From Flaccisagitta enflata (Eukaryota): a DNA stretch of 64,000 nt. How positions within the stretch are numbered: position 1 is the first letter of the stretch; each line of letters opens with the position of its first letter. The position numbers and the translations under genes were made by a program. This document shows positions 1 through 29,344 of this stretch, piece by piece. The DNA lies in the NCBI GenBank assembly GCA_965153355.1, contig OZ231126.1:33666001-33730000 (forward strand), read 5' to 3'. The notes under the pieces are model-generated. The model was given only the letters and a program-made list of their open reading frames with translations, ran no database searches and was not told the DNA's origin.

Positions 1-103
<103 letters not shown>

Positions 104-112
104 TCTCCTAAC

Positions 113-402
113 TTGAGAGTAATTTTCTCTTGGCCAGAATCCTTGGTCAGGGTGTTGTATGAAGAAAAGGTTTTGTCTTGCGAAGGCAAGAAGCCAAAAA
201 AGACGGGTGTAGGCAGAATGTCCATTACGTATTCGATTCGAATTGTCATCACCTTTTACAGAAAAATGCATCACTGGTATACCGGTACCTTATCATGCAA
301 TCTCTTCATTTCTGCATTTCTCCTTCTGTCTGACGGTCCGTCTGTCTGTTTAGGACTTTGTCTATGTGTTTGTCGTCTTCATTTCTTTGTGTGTGTGTGT
401 GT

Positions 403-483
<81 letters not shown>

Positions 484-1202
484 TGAGTGAGTGAGTGAGT
501 AAGTGTGTTGGTTGGTTGTTCATGTCTATCTCTCGCTTTTGCCTAACTCACCATAGTTAATGACCCTCGTGCATTCGCAGTGCAGCAGATAGAGGGCGAC
601 AGAGTATGAGAATAAGTCAAAGAAAAAACAGAATGTCAAATAACCAAAGACTTGATGCGAGTAAAGGGCAAAGGAGAAAAATGAGATGCGCACGATAATT
701 TCCATTTGAAGCACAAGCACGAGAAAGACCTGGGCGAAATTCACAGAACGATTTGTAAATTTGTAATTAGTGGCTTGCTGTAAAGTAAAAACAAAACAAA
801 ATGACAAACAAAACAAAAACAAATAAGATTGTTTCAGAGACTGAGGGACCGACCGACGGATATGGTAACCGATACCTGCGCCTTGTGAACGAATCCATTG
901 ACGGTTTCCGAGGCCGTCAATTTGGCCGATTTGCCGCTGAAGTCGACGACGTGTTTGAGTGAGATGCAGGCGACGAGGAAAAGCACGGAAGCGGCGAGGG
1001 TCTCGTGGAAGCAGGCCGTCGACGCCGCAGCGCGACTGAAGAAGGATCCGTTTATAGGGCAAAATGGAGTTGGATCATCGCTGCTGCGATTGTCACGGAG
1101 ATGATCGGCGTCTACGGTCAGAAAGTTGCTGCGATATTCTCTGAGATCGATGACCTCGTCGACTGAGAAGTTGCTGAGTTTTGCCGTGATGATCGACTCC
1201 AT
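113..1202 (-). CDS. ABCB6: ABCB6/HMT-1-like ABC half-transporter, copy A, exons 1-3 (1202-876, 777-552, 252-113); gene continues beyond the left edge
   Basis: GT-AG junctions with consistent phases (0,1,0). Translation FCPINGS...ACFHETLAASVLFLV / FAQVFLVLVLQMEIIVRISFFSFALYSHQVFGYLTF / RNGHSAYTRLFWLLAFARQNLFFI resembles the ABCB6/HMT-1 N-terminal TMD0: two N-terminal Cys, and a GH...LLFW.LAF..ENL-like segment. Protein identical to copy B over these exons. Confidence 0.8.
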
Positions 1203-2220
1203 GGTTTGAGGCGACCTCCACTTAACTGACCTCCACTTAACTTTCGATTGTAGGCCCCCTTTACAACTTCTTGTGGAGATCAGTCACAGATCGTTTCTTA
1301 AAGATTCTTGATGGAATTGAGCAATTCAAAGAGACTTCACGGCCGGATTAACTTCTCCCATTTCAACGGTTGACTGGTATTTGGAAAACGAGACTTGGAA
1401 GTTGAAAATGACAGAGAAAAAAAACTTCGTCGCTTCCTAAGCTGACTAAAGGAAATCATCGGATCGAGTCTTTTTTCTTTTGCGTACCTTAAAATTGGTG
1501 CAGCTCGAATTTGATAATACTACTCCTCCAAATCGAATTTGGTAATACTACTCCTCCAAATCTTAACGGACAAGAGATAAGATAAGATCGAAGAAAAGTT
1601 AAAACCGTGGTACCTTGTCAGAAGCCCCTTGCGAAGCGACTCTAAAGGTAGGTTTGTCAGAAGATCTGTAATGACTAATGAGACATTTGGATAGTGCTAA
1701 ATCGAAAGAAACAGTGGTTAATTAACATAACTACTAGCATGCAGTCTAAACAACTTCAACCATTGCCCCATCCCCTTTCTCTCCACCTCCTCCTCAAACG
1801 ACTGGCTTGGGTATCGAAGGTTGTGGAAAGTGATACCCCAGATAACAGACGCGTCAAATAGAGAGGTCTCCATGGAATAACTGCTGCTTGAAGACGAAGT
1901 AGCACGTTCTGTTTCGTTTCAATCTGATCTGTCCACTGCACTCCCTCCTTCCAAAACCCGGTGAATCATCGGTTACCAACGGCGCGGCTTACAGCCCAAT
2001 TTCTTCTCATTCTACGAGTAGAGGTTCTCACCACTCAATCTCTTTTCTCACAATCATTGCTTAAAACATGAAGAAATTAGGCAGTTATTAAAGAGCAATA
2101 AATCACGCGAAAAAGGCGAAGACTGATCACTCAATATTCACACGTCTTACCCAGTTACCCGGATATGATGGTCAGTCGGTCCTTCACGTGTTTCGCTTTT
2201 TGTCGAATACAGGACCTTGT

Positions 2221-2548
2221 TAAGTGCGTCCTATCACTTCTATAAGAGGTCATGTCCGTCGGTCGGTTGGTCGGTTGGTCGGTTGGTCGGTCACGCAAAC
2301 GTTTGAAATGCGCAAAACGGCTGATTCTGACGTATTTCTTCATTCCTATCACCTTTCATGCCTCACCACATTCATATTCATTCATTCAATCATTCATTCA
2401 TTCATTCATTCATTCATTTATTCATTCATTCATTCATTCATTCATTCATTCATTCATTCATATATTCATTCATTCATTCATCAAAAACGTTCATTCACAA
2501 AATCTTAATCAAGCGAGGCGCACTTATTGGCCTTCACTTGGCCTTGTT
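2221..2548 (+). mobile_element. Non-autonomous HINE/DINE-1-like element (also at 16141-16460; related partial copy at ~51219)
   Basis: T-flanked 5' end aagtgcgtcc...tctataagagg, (GTCG/GTTG)n microsatellite, (ATTC)n body, 3' end ...ggccttgtt shared with many elements in the window; no TSD. Confidence 0.6.
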
Positions 2549-2608
2549 CTCTTCGGGTATATTCTTGGCTCATGGTCATGTAAAGGGCGGATTCATGGCA
2601 CAGACGTG

Positions 2609-2685
<77 letters not shown>

Positions 2686-2729
2686 TAATAATGATAATAA
2701 TAATAGTAATAATAATAATAATAATAATG

Positions 2730-2811
<82 letters not shown>

Positions 2812-2837
2812 TAATAATAATAATAATAATAATAATA

Positions 2838-2878
<41 letters not shown>

Positions 2879-4220
2879 TGGGAAAAAGTTGAAGTCTGTC
2901 TTCGACTTTTTGACATATTTGAAGAAACATGGTTTCATTTTCTTATAAGGAAGTTGGAATCTCCACTGACGAACTTGGCCTGAATGAAATTGGTAAGTAA
3001 GGATTTGATAATTCTCTTGCCAAAAAGAGGCTCTAAGACAAATATTTTTTGGGCATGATTTTTAAAGAAAAATTTAAAAATGAAAAATTCAAAGTCATGA
3101 TTTCTTTTTCTCAGATTTCAAAAATTAGTTCAATTAATGTAAAATGTTTACCAATAAAGGCGCTCTCGCCGTAGGAAAAAAGTCGTAAGTGTGAGGTTTT
3201 GGAATTTCTTGTGATTGTTTTTTGTCTGGTTGTCTGGTTGTTGGACGGATAGATGGACCAACAGACCAATGGATGGTTTGACGGACAAAGCCTCTCATAG
3301 CGTCTAGAGTTGAAATGAGAGAGACTGTGCCGCCAGGATGCACAATCATCACCTGGGACATTCAAATAGATTTCAACTATCTCAATTCCTTATTTTTTGG
3401 AAAAATGCAAAAAATGCGAAAAAATATTAAAAGATTTAAAAAATCATAGCTCCAAAACTATCGATCGCACAGAATTCTGCTTGGCGTCATCTGAAAGAGG
3501 AAAATTAGCTCTTTCTTAGCTATTAATTTCATGCGTAGTCCCATTCTGCCCCCAAAATGTATCAACTTCCCCAAACGACTCATAAAACAAAGGGAAATCC
3601 GTTTTTCTCTGTAGGACTCAAAAAGACCGAAAGGACTTCGTCTCTTCGACTTTTTTCCAAATTAATGTTTGTTTGAGCATGCAAATACAAGAACACATAT
3701 TTAAGAGCATAGCTACTCATCTGTGAGGGTGTTTTTGACCATTTTAGCTCATTTAGCTCACTTAGCTTGGTCTGTTTTTCTGATTTCAAATGCAATAAAT
3801 GAATAAATATTTTGATGCATGTTTGAGCATGCAAATACAAAAAAACATGTCAGTGAGCAGAGCTGCTTATCTGTGAGGGTGTTTTTGAGTATTCTAGCTT
3901 ATTTAGCACATTTAACTCAGTCTTTTCTTCTGATTTTAAATGGGATAAATAAATAAATATTTTGATGTAATCATGCAAATACAAAAAACATTCAGTGAGC
4001 ATAGCTGGTGGTCTGATTGAGTGATTTTGAGTATTTTAGCTCACCTAGCTCATTTGGCTAAGTCCCATTTTTCTCTGATTTACAGTGCAATCAATACATA
4101 GAATTGATCTTAATTTGATAATAAAATTAAATAAATTGCAGTGACTGAAGACAAAAGCTTGGTGAAAGTGACCAATGCTTACGACTTTTTTCCTCACGGC
4201 GACAGCCGCCATTACTGGTA
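2879..4220 (+). mobile_element. HINE-like family 1 element (GGAAAAAAGTCG subterminal repeat) inserted in an (AAT)n tract; duplicate at 16815-18172
   Basis: 5' palindrome aaaagttgaag-tctgt-cttcgactttt; 3' inverted copy cgacttttttcc followed by short hairpin ggcgacagccgcc and attactggta; both flanks are (AAT)n. Confidence 0.7.
3149..3660 (-). mobile_element. HINE-like family 1 element nested in opposite orientation inside 2879-4220 (duplicate at 17100-17612)
   Basis: taccaataaagg..ctctcgccgtaggaaaaaagtcg at one end and cttcgacttttttccaa at the other, same architecture as 38503-39417. Confidence 0.65.
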
Positions 4221-4259
4221 ATAATAATGATAATGATTATAATAATGATATTAATAATA

Positions 4260-4300
<41 letters not shown>

Positions 4301-4622
4301 AATAATATTATAATAATAAGTCAAATGATCACTTGCTGCAAAAACACTACGATAGATCTAAAGCGTAATTTGTTAAAAACGACATTTCAGATGGTCAAAT
4401 ATGTAGGGCTTGAAATCTTAAGAAAAGCAGGGAAAACAAAGACAGTCGGTCAATTTTGTCTACTCAAAAGTATCTCAGCCGAATAGTCAAGTTTCTACAC
4501 ATTCAAAATTGGATTAAGATCAGGGTTCATAATTGGGAGCTGAACCTGACACTTTAAGAGAATGACAGAGAGAGAGAAAGATATCTAGTTTACTAGGTCT
4601 AGGAAATGAGCGATGGGGAGAG

Positions 4623-4697
<75 letters not shown>

Positions 4698-4910
4698 TAC
4701 AGGGAGACAGATTGAGACACAGAGAGACACAGAGAGACAGAACGACAGACAGTGAGGGAGAGAAAGACCGACAGATACAGAGAAAGTAAGAATTTTTGCC
4801 TCTTCAACTTTTAGTTGTGAACCCTGTGGGCACCAAACACAAATTAAGATAAGAGCAAAGTTAAAACAAATCCCGTCAAAATTTGTAAGCACTATAACTT
4901 TGGGACACTG

Positions 4911-4984
<74 letters not shown>

Positions 4985-7969
4985 GCGGGGACAGCTTGTC
5001 CCAATGTTGAACGCGACAAAAATTCCTCTGTAAATAGAATCATACTTATCTTTTTAGCGAAATCTTGAATAGCAACAGGGCATGTCCTTCCGTTTGGTCG
5101 GCACTCCATTTGTCCTGATGTCCTTATGTCCTAATGTCCGTCTAACCGGAAACAAGTGAGCCCTGACGCATTTGACCACTTGGACCTAGCATCGTTAGGC
5201 GCCCGCTTTCATGTTTTGAAGAGGGCGTGTCCATTGGACAGTCCGTCGGTAGGTAGGTAATGCGATTTTTTATTTACACGATTATATACCACCATCTGTA
5301 GAGGACGCATCTATAGGGCTATCGTTTATTAAGGAAGAAAATTGGAAAACCTCAGAATATCTGGGACACATAATCTCAAGGCTGTCGTATTCCGTTGTTG
5401 TTTTTTTTTTTTTTTTTTTTTCTTGTTTTTTTGTTCTTTTTTTTTTTTGTTTTTGGTTTTTTTATCACTTTTCTTGTCTGCACGTTCATATGTTTTTGTA
5501 TGTTTGTTTGTCTGTTTGTCTGCCTGTCTAGTTGCGGAAATGTCTCAAAGTACCTCAACCGTTTTATCGGGAAAAAAGTCGAAGTCAGTCTTCGACTTTT
5601 TGACATATTCGAGAGAAACAGGGTTTTCATTTTCTTATGGAAAAGTTGGGGAACTCATCCGGCTGATTGCACCCTCAGATGAAATTGATAGGGTAAGTAA
5701 ATTTGATAATTCTCTTTCATTTGGCGCTAAGCAGAATGCTCTACGACCAATATTTTTTGCGCTATGATTTTTTAAAGATTTATTTACGAAAAATTAGAAT
5801 AGAATTTTTTTCGATTTTTTTTCTTTTGTGTAGGATCATCAAAGGAGTGAATTTATGTTTACTTGAGCATGCATATACAAAAAAAATGTTTATGAGCACG
5901 GCTGCTCATTTTTGAGCATTTTAGCTCATTTAGCTCATATATTGGTAAAACTCACTGCCCAAATCCCTATTTTCTGATTTCAAATACGATAAATGAATAA
6001 ATATTTTCATACTTGTTTAAGCAAGCAAAGGCAAATGTCACGGTTCCACAGCAAGCAGGAGGGCCCGACTTTCCACCAATCTACGTTAGCACAAGCTCCT
6101 GATACATCATTATACCCGGATTAAATGGTTCAAAGACATTCATGACTACCCAATGCACAATTTCAAACCATTTTTGTGACCCTCCACCCTTAGGGGTCTA
6201 AAAATTTAGTCAAAGAAACTTTTGGCTTGTCTCCATTCTGTCTCCAGTAGAAAACAGCAAACAAAACCAATCAAAATATCTTTTCTATATGATTTTATGA
6301 GTTTTTATCAAATAATTATTAGTCCCATAGGATACACACAAAAAATCAACTTAGTAAGCAAACTATAAGTTACCAAAAATTGGCATATAATTCAATTTAC
6401 CCCTGCTCGATTTTTGCTTTTTCTCTCAAGGCTGAATATCATTTGATATTTATTTTTTTAACTATCTTTTTTATAAACATTTGCATTTTCTTTTGCATTG
6501 TTGGACAACTACTTGAAAGTGTTCCCCTTCATTTTCATATGTTATTAGGTTGATCCTAAGCAGAGAAATAAAAATTTACTTGGAGCGTATCAATTTGCGC
6601 ACGCACTCAAATTTGTTCCTGTCGCATACCTAACGCTTAAGATATGCCACTACTTTGGCGTGGAAATGACACATTTTTACATGAAATCGGCCACCACGTG
6701 AATTTAAAAATGCAAAAAGTTTGTCCATTTTACAGATTTGTTATTTACTGAGCCAAAAATCTTTTTAAAATGCTTTTTTGCCCGTTTTTTTTTAGAATCA
6801 GGGAGAGAAAATTGATACTTAAATTGGCCTAGAACCATAAAAATTGACATGCACGTAGTTGGTGTGTTTTTGACCAGTTAAAAATTTCATGACTTATTTC
6901 AGCAGAAGTATCTTTAAAAAAAAATAAAAAACTTCCTCCTGCATTTTTTACAATTTCTTTTGTCACCCGACCACCCCTCAGGTGATAAAGGCAGTTAGAG
7001 TGACAAAACAGTAAAAATCATGGTGGAAAAAATTTTCACAGTCAGTTATCATCATTATAACGACATTTGGTTAAAAAAAAATGATCTAAATTTTTTAACT
7101 GTATCGGAGACAAAAAAAGAAAAATGATCGCATAAAATTATTCTCATGCACAATTTGCTCAGTTCACCGGCTTTCCTCGTTGTATAGACTGTTTTCCATT
7201 CAGTAAAATGTCAAACTGCGGACCATTTCTTATTGTGGGAATGTTGTGAGGCTCCAAGAAGCATATTCGACCATTTTTTTGGTCCATTGGTTGCACTGAA
7301 AATCAGAGAAAAATAGGACTGAGCCAAATGAGCTAGATGAACTAAAATGTTTAAAATCACTTTAACAGACAACCAGCTATGGTTACTGACATGCTTTCTT
7401 GTATTTGCAAGCTCAAATTAAAACATTTGTTCATCTGTTTTGAAATCAGAAAAAAAGAGCAAGCTAAATTCATGAGCTAAATGAGTAAATGAGCTAGAAT
7501 ATTCAAAAACACCCTCACAGATGAGCAGCTCTGCTCACTGACATGCTTTCTTGTATTTGCTTGCTTAAACATCTATCAATATATTTGCCTATTTATTGCA
7601 TTTGAAATATAAAAAAATTGAGCTAAGTGAGCTAAATGAGCTAAAATGCTCAAAATCACCCTCACACATGAGCAGCTTTGCGCATAAACATGTTTTTTTG
7701 TATTTGCATGCTTAACCAAACTTAGATACACTCCTTTATTGATCCTACACAAAATCATAAAAAATCGAAAAAAATTCAATTTGAATTTTTCATAAATAAA
7801 TCTTCCAAAAATTCAAAACATGAAAAATATTTGTCCCAGAGACATCTGTAGGACCAAATGAAAGAGAATTATCACAGTTACTTACCCTTCCAAGCAATTT
7901 TAAAACCGGAAATTTGATAAGCCCCTAAGGAGTTCGAAACTTTTTCCCGCCAGAAAATGAAAGCCCTGT

Positions 7970-9443
7970 TTAGTCGCGTGCACGCGATCTAACCGTCGCT
8001 CCGTCCGTCGGTCCGTCCATTGGTCCGTCGGTAACATACAAATGAATTTTTGCAGGTCATTTTGGGTTGTCTGGGTCATTTTTGAGTCATTTTTGTTGTG
8101 GGTCATTTTTTGATTGTTTTCAGCTAATTTTGTCATTTTGTGTCATTTTGATCATTTTGATCATATATGTCATTTTGCTCATTATTCATTTTGTGTCATT
8201 TTTTGGGTGTTTAAAGTGGTTTTAAGTCATTCAATGTTTGGGACATTTCCTGTCATTTTTTGGTCATTTGACATCATTTTTGGTATTTTGGTCATTTATG
8301 TCATTTTGTTCATTTTGATCATTTAACTCATTTTTGTCCTTTTTTTTATTACTTTTCTTAATAGGTCTTCTTTGGATATTATGGGTCACTTTGGGTCATT
8401 GTAGGTCATTTTGGGTCATCTTGAGTCGAGTCATGGGTCTGGGCTGGGGACTCATCTTTTGTCATTTTGGTCTGCTATAAGTCTGCTTTAAGTCTGGTTT
8501 TGGTCTGGTTGAAGTCTGGTTTGGATCTGGTTTAAGTTTGGTTGAAGTCTGGTTTTAAGTCTGGTTTTAAGTCTGGTTTAGAGGTCTGGTTTTAGAAAGT
8601 TTTGGTGTGAACTGAGTTGTAAGCCTGCTGTAAGTCTGGTGTAAGTCTGGTTTTAGTCTGATTAAGTCTGATTGGAAGTTGAGATGAGGTCTGAATTAGA
8701 GTCTCTGGTTTAAATCTAGGTTCACGAAATGGATAAGTCTGGGCGTAAGTGTGGTTTTAGTCTGGTTTAAGTCTGGATTAAGTCTGGTTAAGTCTGGTTT
8801 GAGTCTTTTTTGAGTCTGGTTTGAGTCTGGTTTGAGTCTGGATTGAGGCCGGATTGAGTATGTTTGAATCTGGTTTGAGTCTGGTTTGAGTCTGGTTTGA
8901 GTCAGGCTTGAGTCTCTTGCTTTGAGTCTGGTTTAAGTCTGGTTTGAGTTTTAAGGAATTGGTTTATGTCTGGTTTTGTAATACAGTTGATGTCTGGTTT
9001 GGGTCTGGTTTAGGTCTGGTTTATGTCTGATTCATGTCTGGTTAAGGTCTGGTTTATGTCTGGTTGTTTAAGGTCTGGTTTAGGTCTGGTTGGGTCTGGT
9101 TTAGGTCTGGTTTAATTCTGGTTTTTAATTCTGGTTTGAAGTCTGGTTTGAGTCTGGTTTGAGTCTGGTTTGAGTATTGATTCAGTCTGGTTTGAGTCCG
9201 GTTTGAGTCTGGTTTGAGTCTGGTTTGAGTCTGGTTTGAGTCTGGTTTGGGTCTGTTTTTGGTTGCGTTTGAGTCTAGTCTGGTTTAGTCTGGTTTAGTC
9301 TGGTTTGGGTCTGGTTTGTGAGTCTAGTTTGGGTCTGGTTTGGGTCAAGTTTAAGTCTGATTTTTGATAAAAAGATACAATAAGGAGTCAGGTCAGTTCA
9401 GTTATTTTTGTCCTGCACGCGATTTATAGGTGTTGGCCTTGTT
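7970..9443 (+). mobile_element. HINE-like family 2 element carrying an internal ~11-bp (GAGTCTGGTTT)n satellite; inserted into a family 1 element
   Basis: 5' palindrome tcgcgtgcacgcga, (GTCC)n, 3' gcacgcgatttataggtgttggccttgtt. Flanks rejoin to the family 1 sequence gaaaatgaaagccctgtt|tcaaatatgtcaaaaagtcgaag; insertion in a T-run with no TSD. Confidence 0.75.
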
Positions 9444-9748
9444 TTCAAATATGTCAAAAAGTCGAAGACTGGCTTCGACTTTTTTCCAGATAAAAAAGAA
9501 ATAAGCATGAGCTGAATAGGCTAATGAGGCTAAATGCTCCCGTCCTTGCACAGATGAAAGAGTATTGAGGACATGCTTTCTTGTATTTGCATGCTATGAA
9601 ATCATTAAAATCATTTCTTTATTTATCGATTTAAATGCTAAATGAGCTAAATGAGCTAGATGAGCTAGAATACTAAAAAACACCTTCACAGATGAGCAGC
9701 TATGCTCATAAACATGTTTTCTTGTATTTGCATGTTCAAACAAATATA

Positions 9749-10360
9749 CAGTGTGGCGCAAAAATAAGTTTCAATCAGTTTAGTAAGCAAATATTTCAAA
9801 AGTAGTGAGTTTAGACAATTAAAATCCATGATATATTTAAACATCTTCAAAAATTCTACAGATCTAGTCCAATCCCATTATTGTAACTTAATTTGTAAAA
9901 AAGTCATACAAATTCAGAGAAGGGATATAATTAACCAGTACTAAGTATTGATAAAACACATCTTAAACCTTGATTTTCTTTAATAGACTAAAAAAGAATC
10001 ATGATTCATGCATCATATCCATGAGCTTTTTAAAGATCTTCAAAAAATCTACAAATCTAGACCAAGCAGAACTTTATAGCTTGACTCCTTTTCAAATGAC
10101 ATTAGTTTGAAGTGAATCAGTCATGTTTTCAAGCAATGAAAATATTATCATTTTTTGCTGTTTTTCCCAAGGTAATTTTGATATGTATTACTTCAAATCA
10201 ATGTCACGCCTAAACAAAAAGAGCTAGAAACCTGAGATTGGTCCCAAATTAAAGAAAACTAAAAATCCTTTAATAATCTCACTGATAAAAGGTTCTTATC
10301 TGCTATGGAACATTCAAAAGACTTGTGACAAAACCTGAAACTTATTTTTGCGCCGCACTG
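9749..10360. mobile_element. Tc1/mariner-type MITE
   Basis: 25-bp TIRs cagtgtggcgcaaaaataagtttca / tgaaacttatttttgcgccgcactg (1 mismatch), TA on both sides, no transposase ORF. Confidence 0.85.
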
Positions 10361-10840
10361 TAGATATACTTTTTTATTGATCCTACATAAAATCATAAAA
10401 GAATTAAAAAAAAATCAATTTGGGTATTAAGCAAATAAATCTTTAAAATCCATGTGAAAAATATTTGTAAGTAGAAAATTCTGCTTGGTGCCAAATGAAA
10501 GAAAATTAATCAAATTTACTTACCTTTCAATTTCATTGGAGGCCTCAATCAACACGGAAGAGACCTCAACTTCCTAATAAGAAAGAGTAGAAAACCCTGT
10601 TTCTCTCTCGAATATGTCAATCAAAGACTGACTTCCTTTTTTCCCAAATTAGTTTATTTTCTTTAGGTAGTTGGAATTGATTTTTGCCATCCGATCAATC
10701 AAGTGATGGACCACGAATTTGAAATAACGCCATTTAAAGTGATTTGCCCGTTGATACGTGTGTCCCATCAAGATACCGCAATTGCAGTGTGCATATGGTT
10801 TAGAATAAATCGCATTCAACAATACGATGAAAGGAAAAAC

Positions 10841-20872
<10,032 letters not shown>

Positions 20873-22752
20873 AGAGCGTAAAATTTTGAGTCTACACCGA
20901 AAATTTGAGGCCTTATCTCCCAGGCGTTCAGTCACAATGAAATTTTACATTTCGTCAGTCCTGAAGTGTGAACAGAATTGATACGCTCGTTGGACGATCT
21001 TTGTAGTTATTTTCTTCTTAAGGGAAGTCAAGATTTCGCGGACTTTGAAGAAAAAAAATCAATTTGTCCAATTTACAAAAATGCCCATATCTCATGAACC
21101 CTTTGAGCTACACCCATGATTTTTTGCGGGAAAACAGACTTTACCAAGAGAGATCAGGCCAAAAAAGTTGGTCTTCTGAAGATGAGTCCAACTGGCCCAA
21201 CCAGCCCAACCAACCTACCAGATGAAAAAACGAAAAAGTGGCATAACTTTTGAATGAGTTAGCCGATTTGGCTGAAATTTTGCATGAAAGTTGTTGAAGA
21301 GTATCTACATTACTAGTATGAAGAAGAGCTTGGCCGAACAAATTTATACAGCACTGCCCAACCAACCAAAACTGGTGCTTATAGAGATTTTTTGAAAATT
21401 CATGAAATTTTGATTTTTTTTCATGAAACACCCTCATACTATTACGTTTAAACATAATTTAGGTAAAAAATATTCTCATATTGATTTTTTGCTACAATAT
21501 GCTTAATTTTGAATTTTTTTGTGTACAAAATCTGTCTAATAAAGCTTAATTTGCATGAAAAATGAGCTCAGTTAACAAAATTCTTCTATGGATTCCTATA
21601 TGTACCTTCATAAGCTATACAGTAATGTATAGTTTTGTTGAATTTGAATCATAAAAAAAATGGCTAGTTCTACCCCTGCTCACTTGTCGTTTCTTGACAT
21701 TTTCCCAAATAAAAAAAAACATGTCAGTGAGCAGAGCTGCTCACCTGTGAGGTGTTTTTAAGTATTCTAGCTCATTTAGCTCGCTCTTTTTCTCTGATTT
21801 AGAATAGGATAAATAAATGAATGTTTTGATTTAGGCATGCAAATACAAGAAAACATATCAGTAAGCAAAGCTGGTTGTCTGGTTGAATCATTTTGAATTC
21901 TTTAGCTCATCTTGTTCATTTTATAGTACAAAACCAGTTGATCCTCTAAACCGGCTATTTTGCTGGCAAAATGTCATACATACAATTGCTTTTGATTTGA
22001 TCTAACAAAAAAAAAAAAAATTCGGTGACTGAAGACAGAAGCATGGTGAAAAGCGACCAATGCTTATGACTTTTTTCCTCACGGCGACAGCCGCCATCAC
22101 TGGTATTACGGATTCCGTTTCCTGCCTGTCAATCTTCTTGTCTGTGAATCGTTTATTTCCGATCCAATTTTCTTTTATACATAAAAAGCAACCGCATCAA
22201 ATATCAAAATAATTTCATTAATTGATCGACTGAATTCAACGAGCCCGATTAACACTTTTATATAAATACGAAGAAAGAATCCAAGGCGAAAAAGTGCTTC
22301 TGCCCTTCTTGGCGTTCTTTCGGGACTCCGAGCTGCTGTGTGTACACAGGCATCTTCTCCTCAAAAAATATTTTCTCGGCCTTGAATAAACATTGACAAA
22401 ATAAAGAGTTCTAATTCGTAGAAAAAAAAGTTTGTTTCTTCTTATTTCTCAAAAAAAAATTCAACGGCTCACTGAATTAGTCTTGGCGGACAGGGAAAAT
22501 CAAATTGGCTTTTACTACAAATCGGGTTAATTCTAGATAAACAAACCCCCCACGAATTATTATTATTCTCTGTTTCGTTTCATTCGCATGGGACGCTTTG
22601 TACAGAACAAGTCTGCGAAGTGAAACAAAGTTCTTTTAGAAAGCTGAGTCACGATGAATTGTAAGAGCCATGAGCACATCACCAATCATTGTACTGGTAG
22701 AAAAAAATCTTCAGTGCTTAGCAATTTAAGGGAATGAACTTGAACGACAACG

Positions 22753-22874
<122 letters not shown>

Positions 22875-23035
22875 CTACTTTTGAGATAAAACAGAACCCC
22901 CACCAAAAGCCAAAACCAAAACAAAACAAAACAAAAACTAAAATAAAACAAACAAAAAACCGAATCTACAAAGCTGAGACCAGTCCAAAACCATAACCAA
23001 CAAGCAACGCTGTCAGCACCTGAACTTAAGCCAAA

Positions 23036-28573
<5,538 letters not shown>

Positions 28574-28871
28574 TATGAGTAAATTTGAGCCTTTAAATGC
28601 ATCAATTTGGGTTACCGTTCCTAGTCATTACAGCACCTATGAGGACCGATACTTGTTACCTGACAGTGTAAGACTGTCGTTGTCTAGATCTGTATTCTGT
28701 ATTAGCTCACATTGCAACGTAATCTCTACTACTTTGTTCCTCATTTGCATGCCAGTTCTTTACACTTACGCTTGTTCCTGTTTGATTCCAAAAATAACTT
28801 TAATCAAATTTTTTCCTTCTGTTTGATGGCGTTGCCAGAGAAAAAATTAAGATAGAAATTCATAGTTGATG

Positions 28872-28877
28872 TTTATT
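28872..28877 (-). promoter_or_regulatory. Candidate polyadenylation signal (AATAAA) for the minus-strand orphan gene
   Basis: tttatt on the + strand ~470 bp past the stop at 29345, in the 770-bp gap between two convergent genes. Confidence 0.3.
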
Positions 28878-29344
28878 GACAAAAAGATTTTGAAAAATTA
28901 CCAAATTGCTACAGAAAACTGAAAATCTCTAGAAACGTTAAAGCACAGTAATGTGACACAGTAGTGTGACACAGCAATTAACAATCGTTAAATATTCTAA
29001 GGCAAGACGGAAGGTTATTGCGGGTCGTTGATTAACGTGACTAAATAACCTTTTATCACTACATGACTACAATCATAAGCTAGGTAATTATCTATCTACA
29101 AGAAAAGACAGTCCGCATAAAGCCCATGATAACTAGAAAAAAGTAGACACGGATAAGAAAAGTAATCTACATTCTACAAATAATGAGATCCATCTCGAAT
29201 CGGTAAAAAACTACATTCGCAGTTGAGTAACTGCAATCACCCATCTACAGTCTAAATGCATGCGTACCAAATTCAAAACCGATTTCAATATATTCCGCGC
29301 TCCTAACTAGTAGCCCTTCAAGCTTCACCCCTGTCCAGAACCAA

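Noticed and set aside
2252-2983. Long ORFs of poly-N/I/L/C/V/ER/SL/HT etc. here and throughout (e.g. 24674-25639, 37606-38343, 39520-40038, 43104-43550)
   Set aside because: Translations of stop-free microsatellites in introns or TEs, with no coding context
8480-9360. G/T-rich tract as an interstitial telomere
   Set aside because: The unit is GAGTCTGGTTT-like, not TTAGGG/TTAGG, and it is enclosed by HINE-like termini
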